NCBI GenBank assembly: GCA_039802605.1
Contig: JBDRWW010000001.1
Coordinates: forward strand, 1-64,000
Source: a candidate division WOR-3 bacterium
Lineage (GTDB): Bacteria; Hydrothermota; Hydrothermia; LBFQ01
Direction of reading: 5' to 3'
Length of the DNA: 64,000 nt
Below, in pieces: positions 39,333 to 49,815 of this stretch (its first letter is position 1; each line of letters starts with the position of its first letter). Position numbers and translations under genes: made by a program. The notes under the pieces were generated by a model. The model ran no database searches. It had not been told where the DNA came from and worked only from the letters and a program-made list of their open reading frames with translations.

Positions 39333-39503
39333 ATGAAAGGATATCCATTACATAAAGAGGGTTTTCACCCAGAGGGAAATATATACGAACAACTCGCATA
39401 TCTTTATAACCAGGTAGGATATCCGAATAGTTCGGATATGAACGATTTGTCCGAAATTGTGTGCGATGGGATTAAATATTTGAATGAGTATAAGGTGCAA
39501 TGA
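39333..39503 (+). CDS. Small ORF (56 aa) coupled to the methyltransferase
   Basis: MKGYPLHKEGFHPEGNIYEQLAYLYNQVGYPNSSDMNDLSEIVCDGIKYLNEYKVQ; TATAAT at 39317-39322; stop overlaps the MTase ATG (ATGA). Confidence 0.55.
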   Translation: MKGYPLHKEGFHPEGNIYEQLAYLYNQVGYPNSSDMNDLSEIVCDGIKYLNEYKVQ

Positions 39504-40285
39504 TGAGCGAAAATAAGAAAATAGGGAAATTTCAGATTGACGAGATATATTGTGGAGATGCTCTGCAATTGATGAAAGATCTCCCCCCTGAAGTTATAGA
39601 TTTAATTGTAACTGATCCACCTTTCGCCATTGACTTCAAAGCAAAACGTAATAATTACAATCGTACACAGGACAGAGTATTGGAAGGATATAATGAAATA
39701 CCAAAGGAAAAATATTACGACTTTACTGTTAATTGGATGAGAGAAGCATATCGTATCTTAAAGAAAACCGGTAGTATGTATGTGTTCTCTGGCTGGACCA
39801 ACTTAAAAGATATACTTAATGCCTTGGATGAAGTAGGTTTCATAACAATAAACCACTTAATTTGGAAATATCAATTTGGAGTTTTTACCAAAAGAAAATA
39901 TGTTACAAGTCATTATCATATTTTGTTTGTGGTCAAGGATGAGAAAAAATACAAATTTAATAAAATTGAGCGCTATCCCGAAGATGTATGGATAATTAAT
40001 AGGGAATATTGGACGGGCAAAATTAAAACGCCCACGAAATTACCTGTAGAACTTGTTAAAAAAATTCTTTTGTTTAGTAGTGATGAAGGAGATATAGTTT
40101 TTGATCCTTTTTTGGGATCAGGTACAGTTGCTGTGGTTGCAAAGATGCTCGGAAGACACTATTTGGGATTTGAGATCGTTCCAGAATACTATGAATTTGC
40201 AAAAGAAAGAATATCTAAGGTTCAAATGAGTCTATTTAAGCGGATTGATGGTGAAAAATTTGGAGGCGCAAAGAATGATGTTTGA
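39500..40285 (+). CDS. DNA methyltransferase (N6-adenine or N4-cytosine), beta class
   Basis: DLIVTDPPF (motif IV) precedes DPFLGSGT (motif I); PTKLP, GFEI..EY. Confidence 0.93.
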   Translation: MMSENKKIGKFQIDEIYCGDALQLMKDLPPEVIDLIVTDPPFAIDFKAKRNNYNRTQDRVLEGYNEIPKEKYYDFTVNWMREAYRILKKTGSMYVFSGWTNLKDILNALDEVGFITINHLIWKYQFGVFTKRKYVTSHYHILFVVKDEKKYKFNKIERYPEDVWIINREYWTGKIKTPTKLPVELVKKILLFSSDEGDIVFDPFLGSGTVAVVAKMLGRHYLGFEIVPEYYEFAKERISKVQMSLFKRIDGEKFGGAKNDV

Positions 40286-40845
40286 AAATGCCAGAAAAAT
40301 ATTTAAAGATATAAGAAGTAATCTTGCAAGTGATAAATATCGGGAAAATGTTCGTGAATTTCAGACTTGCATATGATTATGACACCGCAAACTGGGAAAA
40401 CAGATTTGTGGTAGGGGGAGCGTTAGAAATTCTCTTTTGTGCATTATTGAATTCCATTGGCTACAAATGTAGGTGGATTAAAGAAGCTAGGTACGATATA
40501 GAAATAAATGGCATCAAATTTTCAATGAAAAGCAATTTTACGGGAACAGGAGACATAATTGTAGATTGGGAAGAACCAACATTATTTTTTATAAGTGATG
40601 TGGGTATATGCTATGCCGATCCGGAAATGGGATTGGAAACAAGACATACCCATGATGCCCTTGTTATAAATACAAGGCAAATAAAAGAATTAATTAAGCG
40701 TAATGATATCTGGCTAATTCCTATAGAAATCCCAAAGAAACCGAAGAGTTCGGTAAAAATTAAAACCGCAAGTTATGATGTTGCAAAAGCCATTCTGGAA
40801 GAAATCAATAGCAAACATTTAAGGCAAAATCTACCGGAGGTATGA
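40275..40845 (+). pseudogene. Putative type II restriction endonuclease, frameshifted
   Basis: GGAGG-led ORF MMFENARK... stops at 40376; continues in the +1 frame (ENRFVVGG.LE...YD......FSMKS, PD-(D/E)XK-like); adjacent to the MTase. Confidence 0.6.
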
Positions 40846-40890
40846 TATTTAGCTTACCCAAAAAATCATTCCAGTATATAATAAACGGAA

Positions 40891-41439
40891 ATGGCGGCTA
40901 TAAGGGTTGGTTCGGTTATAAGGTATCAGGGAGATGAATATGTTGTTCTGGACTATAAGCATTCCCACCGGGGAAGGGGTGGGGCAACCATAAGCTTAAA
41001 GTTAAAGAACTTACGCACAGGACAAGTCCAAACCTTCACCCTAAGGGATACGGACGAGGTTGAGGATGTAATGGTTGAAAAGAAACCCGCAATATTCTCC
41101 TACATTGACGGTGAGTACTACCACTTTTTGGATAACGAGACTTATGAGGATATAACATTTCATAGGGATGACCTCGGGGAAATGGTTTATTATCTCAAAG
41201 AGGGGTTAGAAGTTTTAATAATATATGCCGATAATCGCCCCGTTAGTATAGAACTTCCCACATATGTGGAGTTAAAAGTTGTTGAGGCGCCTCCGGGTGT
41301 AAGGGGTAATACCGTACAAGGGGGTACAAAACCCATAAAACTTGAGACCGGATTGGTGGTAAATGCCCCCCTGTTTATTGAAGAAGGGGATGTAATTAAA
41401 GTTGATACCCGTACGGGTGAATACATAGGGAGGGCATAA
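40891..41439 (+). CDS. efp: Elongation factor P (Arg-type loop)
   Basis: HSHRGRGGA loop, [26 protein letters not shown]. Confidence 0.96.
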   Translation: MAAIRVGSVIRYQGDEYVVLDYKHSHRGRGGATISLKLKNLRTGQVQTFTLRDTDEVEDVMVEKKPAIFSYIDGEYYHFLDNETYEDITFHRDDLGEMVYYLKEGLEVLIIYADNRPVSIELPTYVELKVVEAPPGVRGNTVQGGTKPIKLETGLVVNAPLFIEEGDVIKVDTRTGEYIGRA

Positions 41440-41921
41440 TGGAAAAAGATATAGATATAAACCTTTTGGAACAAATAATCAAACTCTTTAAAGATAGCGA
41501 TGTGGCACAAATGGAGTTATCCACAAGGTATTTTAAAATCAAGCTCTCAAAATATCCGGAAAACCAACATTTTCCCAATATTCCCATAAGCAATATACAA
41601 TTCATACCTCCACAAACCCAACAGGTACCTCAACCGGCGCAAACCGAAACAAAAGGCGAAGAACCCAAAGAGGAAAAAAATATCCATATAGTGAAATCAC
41701 CAATGGTTGGGACCTTTTACAGGGCTCCCGCTCCGGGGGCAAAACCCTTTGTTGATGTTGGTAGTAAGGTAAAGAAAGGGGATGTACTTTGCATCATAGA
41801 GGCGATGAAGATAATGAATGAGATAAAATCGGATGTAGATGGTGTTGTTGAGGAAATTTTGGTGGAAAACGGCCAGCCCGTAGAGTACGGGCAACCTTTA
41901 TTTAAGATAAGAATAGAATGA
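41439..41921 (+). CDS. accB: Acetyl-CoA carboxylase biotin carboxyl carrier protein
   Basis: [31 protein letters not shown]. Confidence 0.95.
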   Translation: MEKDIDINLLEQIIKLFKDSDVAQMELSTRYFKIKLSKYPENQHFPNIPISNIQFIPPQTQQVPQPAQTETKGEEPKEEKNIHIVKSPMVGTFYRAPAPGAKPFVDVGSKVKKGDVLCIIEAMKIMNEIKSDVDGVVEEILVENGQPVEYGQPLFKIRIE

Positions 41922-42520
41922 GTGAAGGTGGGGAACGGATAAGAAAGCGATTTATTTTAGGTCTTGTAATAATCACCCCAATATTCATAACTATATGGGT
42001 TGTTATCGCCATAACAAACCTTTTTGTGGGATGGATCGCAAACGCGCTATCCAGCATACCTGCACTAAAACCCCTACCTTATCCCCTTATGCTTTTTATA
42101 TCGGTTATATTTGTACTTATGGTTATATATCTTGTGGGTTTAGCTGCATCCACATATGTTGGTAAGGTGGCAATTGACATAATGGATACATTTGTCTTAA
42201 ATATACCCTTACTGAACTATGTATATCGTATATCCAAGGAAACGGTAAAGGCCTTTTATAACCTACCAACAAAAAATGTTTTTAAAGGTGTTGTTTGGGT
42301 GAAAATAGGGGAAAATGCCAAATTATTGGGTTTTATTACGGATATATACGGGGATAGTATTTGCGTTTTTATACCTTCCACACCGAACCCGACAACGGGT
42401 TTTACCCTCTTGGTAAGTAAAGATAGTATAGAAAACGCGGATATTGGTGTTGAAGATGGTTTAAAGTTTGTTATATCCGGAGGAATTGTAAATGTTTTTC
42501 AAAAAGGACGAATTGGGTAA
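41918..42520 (+). CDS. DUF502 family membrane protein
   Basis: FILGL....[26 protein letters not shown]. Confidence 0.85.
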   Translation: MSEGGERIRKRFILGLVIITPIFITIWVVIAITNLFVGWIANALSSIPALKPLPYPLMLFISVIFVLMVIYLVGLAASTYVGKVAIDIMDTFVLNIPLLNYVYRISKETVKAFYNLPTKNVFKGVVWVKIGENAKLLGFITDIYGDSICVFIPSTPNPTTGFTLLVSKDSIENADIGVEDGLKFVISGGIVNVFQKGRIG

Positions 42521-43268
42521 AATTATAGATAAATTCAGGCAAGAAGCCTCCAAGGATGGGGAATTTTTCCAGGTTTTAAAGGGTTTGCAAAACCTATACG
42601 AACATACGGTTGAAGAGGTGATGAAACCGAGGGTTGATGTTGTAATGCTATCCGAAACGGATACTTTAAGGGAAATGGTGGAAAAGTTTGTGGAACATAG
42701 GTACTCAAAATATCCGGTCATTTCCGAAGATGGGGATAAAATCATAGGGGTAGCGCACATAAAGGATTTGTTGTTGCACCTGGAAGACGATATAGACAAA
42801 TTAACCGTTAGGGATATTATGCGGGAACCCTTTTATATACCACACTCCATGAGCTGTTTAAGGGCTTTAAAGTTTTTACAACAGAAGAGGTTATCCATAG
42901 GTTTAGTCGTCGACGAATACGGTAATGTTATAGGAATTGTCACGATAGAAGATTTATTAGAAGAAATAGTGGGGGAGATATACGAAGAGCACGACAAAGA
43001 CGAATTCAGGTACGAATATCTCGAAAACGGGTGGATAAGGATGAGCGCAAAATTATCCCTTTCGGAAGTTGAAGAAATTTTGGGTATTGAATTTGGGGAA
43101 ACTGAGAGTTCAAGCATAGGGGGTTATGTGATAGAAAAACTCGGTAGGATGCCCGAAAAGGGTGAGGAGTTTGAAATACCTCCCTTGAAATTCATAATTG
43201 AAGATGTAGAACCTCAAAGGATTATAACCCTTTTGGTTAGAAAGGCAGATGGAAACGAGATTTATTGA
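42492..43268 (+). CDS. CorC/HlyC-family CBS domain protein
   Basis: VM.PR.D, YSKYPV, VVDEYG...GIVTIEDLLEEIVGEI.EEHD, CorC C-terminal domain. Confidence 0.9.
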   Translation: MFFKKDELGKIIDKFRQEASKDGEFFQVLKGLQNLYEHTVEEVMKPRVDVVMLSETDTLREMVEKFVEHRYSKYPVISEDGDKIIGVAHIKDLLLHLEDDIDKLTVRDIMREPFYIPHSMSCLRALKFLQQKRLSIGLVVDEYGNVIGIVTIEDLLEEIVGEIYEEHDKDEFRYEYLENGWIRMSAKLSLSEVEEILGIEFGETESSSIGGYVIEKLGRMPEKGEEFEIPPLKFIIEDVEPQRIITLLVRKADGNEIY

Positions 43269-44184
43269 GGTTTCAAAGCTTTATGAGGGTTTCTTAAAAA
43301 AGTTTTGTAAGGTTTTGGCGGGGGAAAGGGGGTTTTGGAGGAGGATAAAAACACCGGATATTAGCCGCCCTGGTTTATTATTGGCGGGTTTTGAGGAGGA
43401 ATTCCCCGCAGAGAGGGTACAGATTATAGGATTAACGGAAAGGGCATACCTATTAAGCCTTGGTGAAAGGGGTGAAGATGCGATAAAAAGGTTGTACTCA
43501 AAGGAACCGCCAACGGTTATACTAACCTCCTTTGCTGAAAAGATAAACGAAAGACTAAAAAACCTTTTTTCTTACTATGCCGAAAAATTCTCAATACCTA
43601 CATTCTTTACGGAAGTCGGGACAACAAGGGTTATATCTTTAATTATGGATAAACTCCAATACGAACTCGCACCAACGATATACGAACATGGGGTAATGGT
43701 AGATGTTTTTGGTGTGGGTATATTGTTAAAGGGAAAATCCGCAATTGGTAAAAGCGAATGCGCCATTGAACTGATAAGGAGAGGACACAGGTTTATAGCG
43801 GATGACCTCGTGGCCATAAAGTTATACCCTGCCGATAATTTACTCGCAGAATCTCCAAGGGAAGAGATAAAATACTATATGGAAATTAAAGGGGTTGGCA
43901 TAATTCATATCCCTTCAATATACGGATTGCAAGCGGTTAAAGAAAAAACTTCCCTTGATTGCGTAATAGAGTTTATTCCCCAAGAAGAGTTTAAGTATAG
44001 CCCGGATACCGAGGTGGAAAGCGTTAATTATTTCGGTATAAGCGTTCCAAAATTCAAATTACCCATAACACCCGGGAAGAATATGGCAAGCATAGTTGAA
44101 ACGGTTGCATTGGTGTATAAAAAGGGCGATTTAGCCTATCAAGAGTTTAAGGAAAAGTTGAGGAAGTTGGTTGATAAAGGTTAG
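43249..44184 (+). CDS. hprK: HPr kinase/phosphorylase
   Basis: RPGL.LAG, HGVMVDVFGVGILL.GKSAIGKSECA.ELI.RGHRFIADD, PGKN. Confidence 0.92.
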   Translation: METRFIEVSKLYEGFLKKFCKVLAGERGFWRRIKTPDISRPGLLLAGFEEEFPAERVQIIGLTERAYLLSLGERGEDAIKRLYSKEPPTVILTSFAEKINERLKNLFSYYAEKFSIPTFFTEVGTTRVISLIMDKLQYELAPTIYEHGVMVDVFGVGILLKGKSAIGKSECAIELIRRGHRFIADDLVAIKLYPADNLLAESPREEIKYYMEIKGVGIIHIPSIYGLQAVKEKTSLDCVIEFIPQEEFKYSPDTEVESVNYFGISVPKFKLPITPGKNMASIVETVALVYKKGDLAYQEFKEKLRKLVDKG

Positions 44185-45551
44185 GCGGAATATTTTTTAA
44201 TAATGTCATCCAATACTTTTAGGGCTTCCTCGCGGGTTTTTACAACCCCCTCAGCCCTCAACTCTTCTATTTCTTGAAGGATTTTCTTGTAAATCGGCCC
44301 AGGTTTTAGACCCCTTTCCATAAGGTCATACCCCGTGATCAAACGGGGTGGTTTGTTTGCCTCGGCTTCCTGCTGTTTAAGGAAATCCTCCAATTTTTTA
44401 GCCAATCGCAACTGACCGGCTACACCCTCGGCTCTAAGGGAGGTGGCCAACGCATCTACATAGGCCACAAGGATTATCGGGAACGCCCATTCGCCCGTTC
44501 TTTTATAATAACGGTATAATGCCCTTCTCGTCACATCTGGTGTTGCCAATAGGTGAGGGTGCATGTGCTCCGCAACTATTAAGGATATGGCTTTATAAAT
44601 CTCCTTAGGCATTCTCAACCTTTTACCAATTGAATTAACGATTTTTGAACCTATGTAATCGTGTCCGTGAAAGCTTATTTCACCATTTTCGTATTTGTAT
44701 GTCGCGGGTTTTCCCACATCGTGGAACATCGTCCCCATAACGATAATAAATCTACCCTTATCGTTTCTTATGGCCTCCATCCTGTGCAGGTAATAAACGA
44801 AGGGCCCATCTTCGAGGGTTTTCAGTGAAATTTCTAACCTTCTTAATGCCAAGAGTGTATGAGACCAAACATCCACATCCAAACCTTTTAAGGGCTTTTT
44901 TAACCCTTCAAGTTCGGGGAAAATTTTGAATAGAATTCCGCTTTCGGCCATAGAGGATACCTGCTTATAAAAGTTTTCTGAGGACAGTATTTTTGTTAGT
45001 TCGTAGGTTATCCTCTCGGGCGAAACCTTCGTTATGAGGTGGGAGCGGGAGGAAATCTCAAAAAATGTTCTACCCTCAATTTCAAAACCCAATTCTGCCG
45101 AGAACCTAAAAGCCCTAAGCATACGCAAAGGATCTTCTTCCAAGTTTTCCGGAAGTGTTATCCTTATTATTCCACTCTGTAAATCCTTTAAACCACCAAA
45201 GACATCTATAATTTCCCAACTATCCAAAGAAATTGCTATGGAGTTTATGGTAAAGTCCCTCTTATACAAATCGTCGTATATAGTTCCGGTTATAGGGGTA
45301 AGATCTATCTGTTCATCCTCCAAAACAACCCTAAAAATACCAAGCCCCTCGTCCAAAGGTATTAACACACCCTTTAAATCCATTGCTATGCTTTTCCCCG
45401 TTTCTTCCGGATTCCATACGGCTATATCCCAATCGGTTGGAACTTTACCCAACATTATATCCCTTATAGCCCCACCTACAAGGTAAGAACCTTTCGGCAA
45501 AAGTTTATACCAAGGTTTATACCTAATCAGGCTCTTAATTATTTCAACCAT
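44181..45551 (-). CDS. Class II tRNA nucleotidyltransferase with HD domain, probably CC-adding
   Basis: VGGAIRD..DWD, KRDFTIN, EDPLRMLR, HD domain (HDVGK); flexible loop is missing. Confidence 0.85.
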   Translation of the reverse strand: MVEIIKSLIRYKPWYKLLPKGSYLVGGAIRDIMLGKVPTDWDIAVWNPEETGKSIAMDLKGVLIPLDEGLGIFRVVLEDEQIDLTPITGTIYDDLYKRDFTINSIAISLDSWEIIDVFGGLKDLQSGIIRITLPENLEEDPLRMLRAFRFSAELGFEIEGRTFFEISSRSHLITKVSPERITYELTKILSSENFYKQVSSMAESGILFKIFPELEGLKKPLKGLDVDVWSHTLLALRRLEISLKTLEDGPFVYYLHRMEAIRNDKGRFIIVMGTMFHDVGKPATYKYENGEISFHGHDYIGSKIVNSIGKRLRMPKEIYKAISLIVAEHMHPHLLATPDVTRRALYRYYKRTGEWAFPIILVAYVDALATSLRAEGVAGQLRLAKKLEDFLKQQEAEANKPPRLITGYDLMERGLKPGPIYKKILQEIEELRAEGVVKTREEALKVLDDIIKKYSA

Positions 45552-46714
45552 ACCACCCTTTTCACGAATGTCCTTCCGTTTATCAAAACCTTAACAAAAT
45601 ACACACCACTTTTAACCTCCATCCCTTGATCCGTATAGCCATCCCAATACACCTTAAAGGACTTGTTTTTAAACCCCTTATAAAGTGTTTTTAAAACCTT
45701 ACCCGTAAGGCTTATTATATAAACCTCTACGCGCGAGGGCTCGGATATGTTTAGCATAATCTCAACATTTCCCCTTCCATAAGAAACGGTTAAAACCTCA
45801 TCACCAGAAAATATATCGCGTATCCTATAATTACCATAATCGCTTACGATTACCTCAACCTCTTGGTCGTTGAACTCCACACGATATGAACCCGTATTCA
45901 CGGGAAGTATGCCAAAGGATACGGAGTTGTATAGGTTTAAATCCGCAGCGAATAGGCTTGTATTGTTAAAATGCAGGATGAAGGGGTGAGAATACGAGAA
46001 AAAGGGTTTGTTAAGGACTTGGCTGTTTATTTTATTCCTTCCAAATATAACATATACCCTATCCATATAAACGGCCAGAGAAATAAAGTTATTGCTTTGG
46101 GTGGAAAGGGAAAAGGCTTTACCAATACTTTCGCCCCCTTCAAAGAATTCATATCCTTTGCCGTTAAATGTTATATAACCCTTGGATGTTATAACGGTTG
46201 TATCCCCACAAAATATATAATCCCCGCCCCCTTTCAACACGCCCCCTTTATCCCCTATTACCGTAATCCTATTGTCCAAAAGTACAAACATACTTCTCCT
46301 TCCGCCCAACCCGCATATCGTTATATCCTTCACGCCTTCCATGAAAAGTGTTATGCTATCGTTGTGATATTTGAACAGACCGGCATCCGAGAGGAGATAA
46401 TATGACCCATTAAAGTAAAAAGTCTTTTTATATCTTCCGGTTATCGGCAGTGAAGAATCCTTTAAGGAAGGCAATTTCAAAAGTATTATGGGATTTGATG
46501 GGTCATCAGTTGTAATTACAAGGCTAAAACCTTCGGGATTATAGGATATATGTTCAACTTTTGATTTTATAGGGGTACCTATGGGATTCCCGACTAAGAG
46601 GTTATCGTATATTAACAGACCGCTATCTGTTCCCACAAAGATTTCGGAATCGCCATCACCATCCATATCTATACTGGCAACGGAATTTATACTAAGGGAT
46701 AACAACAGCAACAT
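45539..46714 (-). CDS. Secreted protein with FG-GAP-like N-terminus and FlgD-Ig / T9SS-like C-terminal domain
   Basis: DMDGDGDSEI; C-terminal VYI.SLTGK.LKTL...VYWDG..DQG..V.SGVYFVKV. Confidence 0.75.
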   Translation of the reverse strand: MLLLLSLSINSVASIDMDGDGDSEIFVGTDSGLLIYDNLLVGNPIGTPIKSKVEHISYNPEGFSLVITTDDPSNPIILLKLPSLKDSSLPITGRYKKTFYFNGSYYLLSDAGLFKYHNDSITLFMEGVKDITICGLGGRRSMFVLLDNRITVIGDKGGVLKGGGDYIFCGDTTVITSKGYITFNGKGYEFFEGGESIGKAFSLSTQSNNFISLAVYMDRVYVIFGRNKINSQVLNKPFFSYSHPFILHFNNTSLFAADLNLYNSVSFGILPVNTGSYRVEFNDQEVEVIVSDYGNYRIRDIFSGDEVLTVSYGRGNVEIMLNISEPSRVEVYIISLTGKVLKTLYKGFKNKSFKVYWDGYTDQGMEVKSGVYFVKVLINGRTFVKRVVWLK

Positions 46715-46716
46715 TT

Positions 46717-48480
46717 TTATCCACCTAGTTGCTTGATTATATCTTCCAACTGCTGCGCCTCTTTTGTTTTACCTTGTTTTCTGTAAGATTGCGCCGCCAT
46801 CTTAAAGTTGTATATTACCTGAGACTTGGCCGAACCATCCCCCTGCTCGTATTTCTTATAATATATAAGCCCCATGAACTTGTATGCATCCCCAACCTTT
46901 TCGGATGAGGGGAAACTCTGAACAAACTTTTGCAATATCCCCAAAGCGTTTTCGTAATCGTTTTTGGCGTATAGGGCCAATCCGTAAAGGTATAGAACAT
47001 TTTCTATGTCTTCCCCGTTTGGATACTTTTGAACATATTGGGAGAAGTAGTTTATCGCTTTATCGTAATCCTTTGATATGTAAGCTATGTATCCTATGCT
47101 GAACACGGCCTTTGAAGCCCTTGGGTCTTCGGGGAAGTATCTTAGAAAATCTTCAAACATTTTTGCGGCCTTTGGATATGTGCCCTGATTGTATAACGCA
47201 AGGGCATTGTTAAAGACCGCCTCCGCGCCAATTCCGGACCTTAAATATTGTGCAACTTCTGGATGTTCCGAGACCAAGGCTTGGAGAAGTTTCTTAACAT
47301 TTTCCGCGGATTGGTGCCCCGGGTATTCCAAAAGGAATCTATCCCAAGCCTCCGCCGCCCCTTTATAATCTCCCAACCTGTATTTGGCCTTGCCGAGTAA
47401 TTCAAGAACAGCGGGCATATCCTCGCCATTGGGGTATTTTTGTATGTAATATTCAAGTTTTTCAACCGCCTTTTGGAAACTACCACTTTGGAAGAGCAGT
47501 TGCCCCATATAAGCGGTAATTTTTGCAGACCTCGGATCATCGGGGAAAAACTCTATAAACCTTTCAAATCTGGCTTGGGCTTTTGTCATTTGCCCGGAAT
47601 TAAAAGCCTTCATTCCGGGATTATAAAACAAAACCTCCCCAACCAAGGGGTTGGTAATCTTTATATTCTTATTGGCCGCTATGGCTTCGCCGTATTTACC
47701 CTCAATATAGGATAGGGAGGATAAAATCGTATCCTTTAAGAGTGGATATTTTGCAAGGGCGTTTTCGTATTGAACGATTGCGGAATCGTAGTTTCCGTTT
47801 TCCGCATACCATTCGGCCAATATGATTTCCAACTTGGGTTTATTGGGGTGGCCTTTGTTTATAACATCCTTTAATGTTTGTATGGCCTTAAATAGCTCCC
47901 CATTTTTGTAATATGAAAAGACTTTTAGAATTTGGGCCTCTAATGTTTTCTCATCGCCCGGGAACCTCTTCTCCATCGTATCAACTAAGGATATGACCTC
48001 GCTATAAGAAGTGTTCATATATGCCGCCAATGCCCCAAAGTAAAGGGCATCCTTATAAACTTCCCTCCATTCGGGGTATTGGAATGCCACCTTGGAGAAA
48101 TACATATAAGCGTCTAAATACCTACGCTTGTTATAATATGCTATGCCTAAGCCCATATATACAGGTATTATGAACTTCGGATTCCTTGCACCCCTTACTT
48201 CGGCTTTTTTAAGTGTATCTATGGCTTCGGAATACCTTTCAAGGTGTATTAAGCACCACCCGTTTCCTATGAACCCTATGGTTATGTAATCGGGTATATT
48301 GGTGTTTCTTATAAGGTCTTCGTATATGCTCTTGGCCCTTTCGTAATTGCCCGAGTAGTAATACCTTTCCGCTCTGGCAACCACCTCGCCGTAATCGTTG
48401 GAATATGCGTCCGGCAAAGGCCTTTTATAATCCCGTATTACCGCGGGTATAAAGTTTTGACCTATAAATACCCATAACAT
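46717..48480 (-). CDS. Tetratricopeptide repeat protein (CpoB/BamD-like repeats)
   Basis: Many repeats of A...F..F...(Y/F)P.....A. Confidence 0.85.
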   Translation of the reverse strand: MLWVFIGQNFIPAVIRDYKRPLPDAYSNDYGEVVARAERYYYSGNYERAKSIYEDLIRNTNIPDYITIGFIGNGWCLIHLERYSEAIDTLKKAEVRGARNPKFIIPVYMGLGIAYYNKRRYLDAYMYFSKVAFQYPEWREVYKDALYFGALAAYMNTSYSEVISLVDTMEKRFPGDEKTLEAQILKVFSYYKNGELFKAIQTLKDVINKGHPNKPKLEIILAEWYAENGNYDSAIVQYENALAKYPLLKDTILSSLSYIEGKYGEAIAANKNIKITNPLVGEVLFYNPGMKAFNSGQMTKAQARFERFIEFFPDDPRSAKITAYMGQLLFQSGSFQKAVEKLEYYIQKYPNGEDMPAVLELLGKAKYRLGDYKGAAEAWDRFLLEYPGHQSAENVKKLLQALVSEHPEVAQYLRSGIGAEAVFNNALALYNQGTYPKAAKMFEDFLRYFPEDPRASKAVFSIGYIAYISKDYDKAINYFSQYVQKYPNGEDIENVLYLYGLALYAKNDYENALGILQKFVQSFPSSEKVGDAYKFMGLIYYKKYEQGDGSAKSQVIYNFKMAAQSYRKQGKTKEAQQLEDIIKQLGG

Positions 48481-48546
48481 ACACCTTTAATTCTAAGGCT
48501 GTTATTCTTCATATGGGGATACCAACAACCTTATAATATCAAGTGA

Positions 48547-49815
48547 ATGGCTTTACAAAAGGGATTTGTCCTTTCCCGCAAATATGAAGTTCAGGAATTC
48601 ATAGGTAGGGGGTTGATATTTGAGGTTTATAAGGCGAGGCATACAAGACTATCAAAGGATGTGGCCTTAAAGGTTTTGATACCTGAAATAGCATCGGATT
48701 TGGAATTTACAAGGTTTGTGGTTCAGATAATAAGAAACATAGCATCCTTGGAGGAACACCCTCACATATCTTGGGTTCACGACATTGACAAAGATGGAGT
48801 GTATATATTTTTTGTAATGGATTTTCTTCCAAGGGGTTTGAACGACATAATCAAGGATATTTCCCTTGAAGATGCCATAAGTATAACCGTAGATATATTG
48901 GATGCTTTAAAGTATGCCCATTCAAAGGGTTTGATACACAAAGACATAAGACCTTCAAATGTAAGGTTTAACGAAACGGATAGTGTGGTTCTTGTGGATT
49001 TCGGTATGGCGGAGATAGCGGCCAAAGCCGCCATGAAGTTTAAAAGAACCGCCTTTATACCCCCGCCTCATTATACGGCCCCCGAACAGATAAAATCGTT
49101 TGAATTGGCGGATGAAAGGTCTGATATTTATTCCGTGGGTGCGCTGTTATACCATATGCTAACGAAAGAACCACCTTTTGAGGGCGATATTAAGCAAATA
49201 TATTACCAAAAATTATCCGGCACGGGACCAAAACCTCCAAGGACTATAAACCCGGATATACCCCCAGAAATTGAAAGGTTGATCCTTAAAGCGCTATCTC
49301 CGGACCCTTATGAAAGGTTTCAATCCGCCGAAGAGATGTTAGAAGAATTGAGGGGGTTTTCAAAGAAGGTTTTGGGAAGGTTTGTTATGGCGGAGTTTGA
49401 GGAGAGGAGACCCGAGGGGGTTTTTAAAAGAAAATTAGAAATTAGGGAAGGGGTACCCTTTAAATTAGAGGTTTTAGAGTGTAAGAGCGTTATTAAGAAA
49501 TACGAACCCTTTGAGTTAAAATTGATCTTTTCGGGTGAAGGGGAGGGTAGGGTTGAGATAACCTTACCAAATTTTATATCTTCATCATCACCCCCGTATC
49601 AAAACTTCTCCTCACCATGTGAAATCTCTTGGAATCTCATCACAACCCAAGAAATATATGGGGCATATGATATAGAAATAGCGGTTTATTACGAGGGTTT
49701 GAAAATATTCAAAGAACCAATAAAGGTTCCAATACTCGTGATACCCGTTGAAGGCGAAATAAAAGAAGAAAAAACAAAGAAAACTTCATTTCGTATCTTT
49801 GGTTTAGGTAGATGA
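48547..49815 (+). CDS. Hanks-type Ser/Thr protein kinase, no TM segment
   Basis: IGRG...VY, VALK, IHKDIRPSN, DFG, YTAPEQ, SDIYS.G, RF.SA. Confidence 0.92.
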   Translation: MALQKGFVLSRKYEVQEFIGRGLIFEVYKARHTRLSKDVALKVLIPEIASDLEFTRFVVQIIRNIASLEEHPHISWVHDIDKDGVYIFFVMDFLPRGLNDIIKDISLEDAISITVDILDALKYAHSKGLIHKDIRPSNVRFNETDSVVLVDFGMAEIAAKAAMKFKRTAFIPPPHYTAPEQIKSFELADERSDIYSVGALLYHMLTKEPPFEGDIKQIYYQKLSGTGPKPPRTINPDIPPEIERLILKALSPDPYERFQSAEEMLEELRGFSKKVLGRFVMAEFEERRPEGVFKRKLEIREGVPFKLEVLECKSVIKKYEPFELKLIFSGEGEGRVEITLPNFISSSSPPYQNFSSPCEISWNLITTQEIYGAYDIEIAVYYEGLKIFKEPIKVPILVIPVEGEIKEEKTKKTSFRIFGLGR

